NCBI GenBank assembly: GCA_039589815.1
Contig: JBDHGR010000001.1
Location: 1-38,806, forward strand
Length of the DNA stretch: 38,806 bases
From: Gemmatimonadota bacterium
GTDB taxonomy: Bacteria > Gemmatimonadota > Gemmatimonadetes > Longimicrobiales > Gaopeijiaceae
Reading direction: 5' to 3'
A program made the translations under genes and the position numbers. Positions 33,461-38,806 of the stretch are shown here, piece after piece; the first letter of the stretch is position 1; each line of letters begins with the position of its first letter. The notes below the pieces were generated by a model. That model was not told the origin of the DNA. It worked only from the letters and a program-made list of their open reading frames with translations, and made no database searches.

Positions 33461-33556
33461 GGCCCGGCTTCGAGCCCGGCCTCAGGCCCTGCTCCGGACC
33501 CTGCCTCAGGCCCTGCTTCGGACCCTGCCTCAGGCCCTGCTCCGGACCCGGGCCCC
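33461..33556. repeat. Four tandem copies of a 24-nt unit (GGCCCTGCTCCGGACCCTGCCTCA) spanning the hemY stop codon
   Basis: The units are 33461-84 (19/24 identical to the next), 33485-508, 33509-32 (one difference) and 33533-56 (degenerate end). Each unit is itself a diverged 12-nt duplication. Confidence 0.8.
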
Positions 33557-35050
33557 AAGGGAAGCCAGAATCGCTTCCGCTTGCTCCCCAGCCCTCTCGA
33601 TACAGGAATTCATGCTGATTCCGTAGTAAGAGCTCCCGGCCAGGTAGAGGTTGGGAAGCTTCTCGAGCCGCCGGTGGATGCGGTCCAGGCGATCCTGGTG
33701 CCCCAGGGTGTACTGCCCAATCCCCAACGGCCACCTGTATACCCTGGAAAAAAGGGGTTGTGCACCGACGCCCATGGTCGTCCCCAGGTCCGTCAGCGCA
33801 CGGGAAACCAGAACTTCCTCCTTCTCCGCCACCGCCTCGGGATCGTGAGCACCACCAATCATGACCCGCAGCAGGGCCCTCCCTTTCGGGGCCCGACCTG
33901 GGAAGATGCTGGAGTCCCAGAGGCACCCCAAGATCCTGGGGCCTGCCTCCCGGGGGACCAGGAACCCGAATCCATCGGGCGCGCCACCCAGGTCTGCTTC
34001 TTCAAAGGCCAAAGCGATCACGGCCAACCCTGCCGTCCGGATTTCCCCCACCGCACCCGCCAAGCCCTCGTCGAGATCGTCCAGGAGCCCCCGGGCACGG
34101 GATGAGGGAACGGCCAAGACGACGACGTCGGCGGGAATGACCCCCCCATCAGAGGTCCGAACGGACCAGGGAGTCATGGACTCGCCCCGGCCGTCTTCCG
34201 AGCCGCCATCCAGAGCTGCGGCTACGGTCTCACCCCCTGTCCTTTCGACCGACACCGCACCCACCTCAAGCCGAACTGAATCACCAAGCTCCTGAGCCAG
34301 CGCCGTCGGCAGCACATCCAAACCTCCCCTGAAGGAGGTCAGGGTGCCCCCCGGACCTGCCGGCCCTCCCGGTTGTACGAGGTCATCCACCTTCTCACCT
34401 CGTCGGCGCCGAGCCCGAACCTGCCTCCTCGCAGCCCGGCGCTTTCTCATCCGGGCCAGCAGGGCCCTCATCAAGCCACCGTGCTCCTCCTCCATTGCGG
34501 CCATCTTTGGAAAGGAGCTGGCCAGGCTCAACTCCCGGACATCCCCTGCGAACACCCCCGACACCATTGCATCGATGAGGACCGACGCCGCTTCTCCACC
34601 GATCCGCCTCGAGGCGAACTCGAAGACGGACTCGTCCACCCCGTCCGGCCTCTTTGGAGAGAAGGGTTCGGCGAAGACTCTTAAGCGGCCCGGAAGGGAA
34701 AGCACGGGGCTCGTGAGAAAGCCGATGGGACCGGATGGGAGGAGGTGTAGCTTCCCTGCTCGGTAGAGGTAGCGGTTTGCAGCGGACTCGTCGGCCCGCT
34801 GGACCCGACCCTCCAGACCCAACCGGCGAACGAGGGCCGGGGTCGTGGGGACGTTGTCCAGGTATCCGTTGGGGCCCCTCTCGATGGTAAAGCCGTCGAA
34901 CCGATCGGTCTGAATGTTCCCTCCGGGTCGATCCGACCCTTCCAGAACCAGCACTTCCACCCCACCGGGGATCTCCCCGGCCCGGTCCTTCAGGTGAAGG
35001 GCCGTGGTGAGACCGGCGATGCCTCCCCCCACGACAACGATCCGTTTCAA
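33530..35050 (-). CDS. hemY: Protoporphyrinogen / coproporphyrinogen III oxidase, FAD-dependent (HemY/CgoX family)
   Basis: KRIVVVGGGIAGLTTA is the dinucleotide-binding fold. The family-typical C-terminus is YLAGSSYYGISMNSCI. The only possible start after the upstream in-frame stop is TTG at 35050. Confidence 0.88.
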   Translation of the reverse strand: MKRIVVVGGGIAGLTTALHLKDRAGEIPGGVEVLVLEGSDRPGGNIQTDRFDGFTIERGPNGYLDNVPTTPALVRRLGLEGRVQRADESAANRYLYRAGKLHLLPSGPIGFLTSPVLSLPGRLRVFAEPFSPKRPDGVDESVFEFASRRIGGEAASVLIDAMVSGVFAGDVRELSLASSFPKMAAMEEEHGGLMRALLARMRKRRAARRQVRARRRRGEKVDDLVQPGGPAGPGGTLTSFRGGLDVLPTALAQELGDSVRLEVGAVSVERTGGETVAAALDGGSEDGRGESMTPWSVRTSDGGVIPADVVVLAVPSSRARGLLDDLDEGLAGAVGEIRTAGLAVIALAFEEADLGGAPDGFGFLVPREAGPRILGCLWDSSIFPGRAPKGRALLRVMIGGAHDPEAVAEKEEVLVSRALTDLGTTMGVGAQPLFSRVYRWPLGIGQYTLGHQDRLDRIHRRLEKLPNLYLAGSSYYGISMNSCIERAGEQAEAILASLGARVRSRA

Positions 35051-35101
35051 AACGTCAGACCCGTGTCGATTCGTTCGAACACATCAGATCCACCACCAGG
35101 T

Positions 35102-36493
35102 TCATACCGTCCGGCTGAAGACCGGTCCTCCATCGTCCTTGGCCTCCAGGTACCGATCGAACGCCATACAGACGTTTCGAACAAAGAGCCGCCCACCGTC
35201 CCGCACCACTACCTCTTCGCCCTCGATTTCCACCAAACCTGCCTCTATCAACTCCTCCAGCTTTCCCAGGGACCTGGAAAAGTACCTGTCGAAGTCGATA
35301 CCGAAGCGCGTGGCGACTTCGGCTCTGGACACCCGGAAGTTACACATGATCTCCCGGATCACGTGTTGACGAATCCGGTCATCTTCGTTCAGGAGATAGC
35401 CCCTTTGAACCGGCAAACCCCCTGCGTCCAGCGCTTGGTAATAGGCGGAGAGCTTCTTCTCGTTTTGGAAGAACGCACCCTGCACCTCTCCGATGCCGCT
35501 GATGCCGAATGCAATCATGTCCGACGCCGGCATCACACTGTAGCCCATGAAGTTCCGATGGAGGCGACCCTCCCGGGCAGCGACGGCAAGCTCGTCGTCA
35601 GGGAGGGCAAAGTGATCCATGCCGATGGGCTCGTAGCCGGCATCCAAGAAGCTTTCCATGGCCATGATATAGAGGTCGAGCTTCAGGTCGGCCGAGGGAA
35701 GGGTGGATTCGTCCAGTTTCTTCTGGTGCCCCCGGATCCAAGGAATGTAGGCAAAGGAATAGACCGCCACGCGGTCCGGCCTGAGCTCGAGGATCTGATC
35801 CAGGTTGGTCCGGTATGTGTCCAGCTTCTGAAGGGGAAGCCCATAGATCAGATCCAGATTGATCCCTTCTTTGAACCCCACCCGGCGGGCATGGTCCATG
35901 AGGTCCACAGTCTCCTCAAAGGTCTGGTTCCGGGTGATGGCCTTCTGCACCTCCGGTGTGAGGTCCTGCACCCCCATGCTCAAACGGTTGAAGCCCAGGT
36001 CTGCAAGCCGGTCCAGGTGGTCGTGGGAGGTGACTCTGGGATCGACCTCGATGGCCACTTCGGCCTCACCGGCGATGTCGAAGTGATTTCTGAGCCTGGC
36101 CATGAGATCGGCCAGCTGGTCGGGGCTGAAGTAGGTCGGTGTCCCTCCCCCCCACTGCATCTGAACCACTGAGCGCCGATTCGGGAGTGATCCCGCCACC
36201 CGGTCGATCTCGACCTTCACGTACTCCAGGTATTTCTCGGCCACAGGCATGTGGGGGGTGATGACAACGTGACAACCGCAGAACAGGCACCGGTGCTCGC
36301 AGAAAGGCAGGTGAGCGTAGAGGCTCAGGGGCGAATCAGGGCCTGCGGCATCAGCTTGGGCCAGCTTTTCCCTATATGCATCCTGGCCTATGCCTTCATG
36401 GAATTCGACGGCGGTTGGGTAGGATGTGTACCGCGGCCCCGGACGGTCGAAACGGCGAACGGTCTCGAGGTCCACCTTGCCCTTGAACCTCAC
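35102..36493 (-). CDS. hemN: Oxygen-independent coproporphyrinogen III oxidase (radical SAM)
   Basis: PGPRYTSYPTA and the radical-SAM cluster motif HLPFCEHRCLFCGC. The track starts at GTG 36514. I prefer GTG 36493, which overlaps the hemE stop (GTGA), follows GGAGGG, and gives an E. coli-like distance to PRYTSYP. Confidence 0.88.
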   Translation of the reverse strand: MRFKGKVDLETVRRFDRPGPRYTSYPTAVEFHEGIGQDAYREKLAQADAAGPDSPLSLYAHLPFCEHRCLFCGCHVVITPHMPVAEKYLEYVKVEIDRVAGSLPNRRSVVQMQWGGGTPTYFSPDQLADLMARLRNHFDIAGEAEVAIEVDPRVTSHDHLDRLADLGFNRLSMGVQDLTPEVQKAITRNQTFEETVDLMDHARRVGFKEGINLDLIYGLPLQKLDTYRTNLDQILELRPDRVAVYSFAYIPWIRGHQKKLDESTLPSADLKLDLYIMAMESFLDAGYEPIGMDHFALPDDELAVAAREGRLHRNFMGYSVMPASDMIAFGISGIGEVQGAFFQNEKKLSAYYQALDAGGLPVQRGYLLNEDDRIRQHVIREIMCNFRVSRAEVATRFGIDFDRYFSRSLGKLEELIEAGLVEIEGEEVVVRDGGRLFVRNVCMAFDRYLEAKDDGGPVFSRTV

Positions 36494-37530
36494 TGACCCT
36501 CCCCTTCCGTCCACTCATGGACCTTATCCACCAGGAAGGCCACAGCGTCCGGATCGGTGGTCCGTTCGATCCCGTGCCCCAGGTTGAAGATGTGGCCGGG
36601 TCCCGGCCCCACCTCCCTCAGCACGGATCGGATCTGGGTCCCCAGGGCCTCCCTCGGAGCGAAGAGGGCCGCCGGGTCCAGGTTCCCCTGGACGGCCACA
36701 TCGGGCCCGATGATGGCCCGAGCCCGGGAAAGAGGGAGCCGCCAGTCGATCCCCAAGACGTCCGCGCCGGCCAGCGCTGCATCCTCGAGAAGTGTAGACC
36801 CCTGGTTCGGGAAATAGATGAGCGGCAGATCGATGTCCCTGAGCCCTTCGATGGTCCTGCGAACGGCCGGGAGGGCGAAGCTCCGGAACTCATAGGGGCT
36901 GAGGAGGCCGGCCCAGGAGTCGAAAATCATCAGTGCCTGGGCCCCGGCCTCGGCCTGCGCCCTGAGATAGGCCGTCATCGTATCGGCGAGCTTGTTCAGA
37001 AGGACCCTTGATGCGTCCGGTTCCGCAAACAAGAAGGACTTGGCTCGAATGAAGGTTTTCGAGCCCTTCCCCTCCACGATGTAGCAGAACAACGTCCAGG
37101 GAGCCCCGGAAAACCCGATGAGGGGAGCCGATTCTGGCAGCTCTTTCCGGAGAACTCCGATGGTCTCCATCACGAAGGGAACGGTTTCCAGTGGATCGGC
37201 AATGACCAACCGCTCAACGTCGGCCGGGGTTCGTACAGGGTTCTCGATAACGGGGCCCGGCTTGAACTCCAACCCGATCCCCATTCCCTCCACAGGCGTC
37301 ATGATGTCACTGAAAAGAATGGCCGCATCCATCCCGAACCGCCTGATGGGTTGGAGCGTCACCTCCGCCGCAAGATCCGGGGTTTTGGTGAGGGTCAGAA
37401 AGTCGACCTTCTTGCGGATCTTCCTGTATTCGGGAAGGTAGCGACCCGCCTGCCGCATGATCCAAACCGGCGTATGGGGCACCGGCTTGCGGCGACAGGC
37501 CGCCAGGAAAGGCGGTTCGGAAAGGCTCAT
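36490..37530 (-). CDS. hemE: Uroporphyrinogen decarboxylase
   Basis: 346 aa. The N-terminal signature is PVWIMRQAGRYLPEYR. The start overlaps the hemL stop by 4 nt. Confidence 0.93.
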   Translation of the reverse strand: MSLSEPPFLAACRRKPVPHTPVWIMRQAGRYLPEYRKIRKKVDFLTLTKTPDLAAEVTLQPIRRFGMDAAILFSDIMTPVEGMGIGLEFKPGPVIENPVRTPADVERLVIADPLETVPFVMETIGVLRKELPESAPLIGFSGAPWTLFCYIVEGKGSKTFIRAKSFLFAEPDASRVLLNKLADTMTAYLRAQAEAGAQALMIFDSWAGLLSPYEFRSFALPAVRRTIEGLRDIDLPLIYFPNQGSTLLEDAALAGADVLGIDWRLPLSRARAIIGPDVAVQGNLDPAALFAPREALGTQIRSVLREVGPGPGHIFNLGHGIERTTDPDAVAFLVDKVHEWTEGEGQ

Positions 37531-38806
37531 CCGTCGGCCCTCCCCCCACGGAACACCTCGCCCAAAACCTCCCTAGCTGCCGCCAAGACCTCGTCGATAT
37601 CTGCTTCCGAATGCGCTGAGGAAAGGAAGAGGGCTTCGAAGGGACTGGGTGCCAGATAGACGCCCCGACCCAACATCCCCCAGAAGAACTGTTTGAAAGC
37701 CTCCCGATCTGAGCGGGCGGCCGAGTTCCAATCCGTCACCCTGTCTTCGGTGAAGAAGAGGGAAGCCATGGAGCCGACGCGAGTCCAGTAGAGGGGATAA
37801 CCCCCGTCACCGATCATCCCTTCAACACCGTCCTCCAGTTGTTGCCCCCGGTCCTCCAGGGTCTTGAAAACCTGAGGATTATCCTTCAAGAGGGTGAGGG
37901 CCGCAGTACCCGCTGCCGTGGCCAGGGGGTTCCCCGACAGAGTCCCTGCTTGGTAGACGGGTCCATCCGGAGCCACCTGCCGCATGAGGTCCTCACGTCC
38001 ACCGTAGGCTCCCACCGGAAGCCCGCCGCCGATGACCTTCCCGAGCGTTGTCAGATCCGGCAGGACGCCGTACCGCTCCTGGGCCCCACCCATGGCCACA
38101 CGGAATCCGGTCATCACCTCGTCGAAGATCAGGATGGACCCCTCGTTCGTGCAGAGCTCTCTGATCCCCTCGAGGAAACCCTCCACCGGCGGTATGCACC
38201 CCATGTTCCCTGCCACCGGCTCCACGATGACGCAGGCGATCTCGCCAGGATTGGCATCGAAGTGAACCCGAACGGATTCCAGGTCGTTGAAGTCGGCCAC
38301 AAGGGTATCTCGGGCAGCCCCTGAAGTCACACCAGGACTCGAAGGAACGCCCAACGTGGCAGCGCCGGATCCCGCCGCCACCAGGAACGCGTCAGCGTGA
38401 CCGTGATATCCACCCCGGAACTTCACCATCCTCGCCCGGCCAGTAGCTGCCCGAGCCAAACGGACGGCACTCATGGTGGCCTCGGTGCCAGAATTGACCA
38501 GACGTACGACTTCGATTGACGGCACCAACTCCACCACCAGCTCGGCCAGCTCGATCTCCCGAGTGGTGGGTGCCCCGAAGGAGGTGCCCAGCTTCAGGGC
38601 CTCGTAGATGGCTCGACGAATCCCCTCCTGGTTGTGTCCCAAAAGCATGGGTCCCCAGGAACCAACGAAGTCCAGGTATTCGTTCCCGTCTGCGTCGGTG
38701 ACCCGGGCCCCGTCCGCCCGGACGATGAAGAGAGGTTCGCCCCCGACGCTGCCAAAGGCCCTGACAGGGCTGTTCACACCCCCGGGGATGGTCTCCCGGG
38801 CCCGCT
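37527..38806 (-). CDS. hemL: Glutamate-1-semialdehyde 2,1-aminomutase (5' end beyond the window)
   Basis: The frame is open to the window edge. The edge translates as ...RARETIPGGVNSPVRAFGSVGG, the conserved HemL N-region, so the track's GTG at 38777 is internal. PLP-aminotransferase class III motifs are present (DEVMTGFR, TLGKVIGGG). Confidence 0.93.
   Translation of the reverse strand, partial: RARETIPGGVNSPVRAFGSVGGEPLFIVRADGARVTDADGNEYLDFVGSWGPMLLGHNQEGIRRAIYEALKLGTSFGAPTTREIELAELVVELVPSIEVVRLVNSGTEATMSAVRLARAATGRARMVKFRGGYHGHADAFLVAAGSGAATLGVPSSPGVTSGAARDTLVADFNDLESVRVHFDANPGEIACVIVEPVAGNMGCIPPVEGFLEGIRELCTNEGSILIFDEVMTGFRVAMGGAQERYGVLPDLTTLGKVIGGGLPVGAYGGREDLMRQVAPDGPVYQAGTLSGNPLATAAGTAALTLLKDNPQVFKTLEDRGQQLEDGVEGMIGDGGYPLYWTRVGSMASLFFTEDRVTDWNSAARSDREAFKQFFWGMLGRGVYLAPSPFEALFLSSAHSEADIDEVLAAAREVLGEVFRGGRADG

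Noticed and set aside
33244-33558. 104-aa ORF beginning MGPGSGAGPEAGSEAGPEAGSGAGPEAG...
   Set aside because: Its N-terminus is just the 24-nt tandem repeat read in another frame. The rest crosses the AT-rich promoter region and has no coding signal or RBS.
1-38806. Search for tRNA/rRNA genes, CRISPR arrays, IS elements, integrases, phage or defence genes, toxin-antitoxin pairs and reverse transcriptases.
   Set aside because: None was detected by eye. There are no T-loop GGTTCGAATCC-type motifs outside coding sequence, no spaced direct repeats other than the 24-nt tandem repeat, and every large ORF is accounted for by metabolic, transport or peptidase families. A tRNAscan/Infernal/ISfinder run would be needed for a definitive negative.

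Overview
High-GC (roughly 60%) chromosomal segment from a diderm bacterium. The gene content (acidobacterial-type PadR, a PEP-CTERM protein, a secreted tricorn homologue, glyQS-type GlyRS) fits a Gemmatimonadota/Acidobacteriota-like lineage, but that is only a guess. I call 30 protein-coding genes, two of them truncated by the window edges. I found no rRNA, tRNA, CRISPR array, transposase, integrase or phage gene by eye. The window has four blocks. (1) 1-18.3 kb holds lipid genes (acyl-CoA synthetase, acyltransferase) interleaved with five signal-peptide-bearing peptidases: two S9, two M14 and a tricorn homologue. It also holds an orphan receiver gene translationally coupled to a Met-rich secreted protein, and a tricorn/unknown/nth co-directional string. 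(2) 18.5-24 kb holds housekeeping genes: guanine deaminase, a Na+-dependent NSS transporter, an unusual lipoprotein, glyQS and nfuA. (3) 24-31.7 kb holds a seven-gene, start/stop-overlapping TetR-TolC-HlyD-ATPase-ATPase-permease-permease efflux operon of the YbhGFSR type, with a PadR gene downstream. (4) 31.7-38.8 kb holds a small membrane protein, a monocistronic PEP-CTERM gene with a near-consensus sigma-54 promoter, a 24-nt tandem repeat, and a hemL-hemE-hemN-hemY operon. I see no clear-cut novel multi-gene system such as a defence island or mobile element. The candidates worth follow-up are the PEP-CTERM protein with thioester-domain-like motifs, the Met-rich protein plus orphan receiver pair, the predicted asymmetric ATP sites of the split ABC ATPases, the propeller/pilin-like lipoprotein, and the secreted tricorn-centred peptidase neighbourhood. 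The ORF track uses GTG and TTG as well as ATG starts, and it contains many long shadow ORFs typical of high-GC DNA. Several starts were therefore re-placed by hand.
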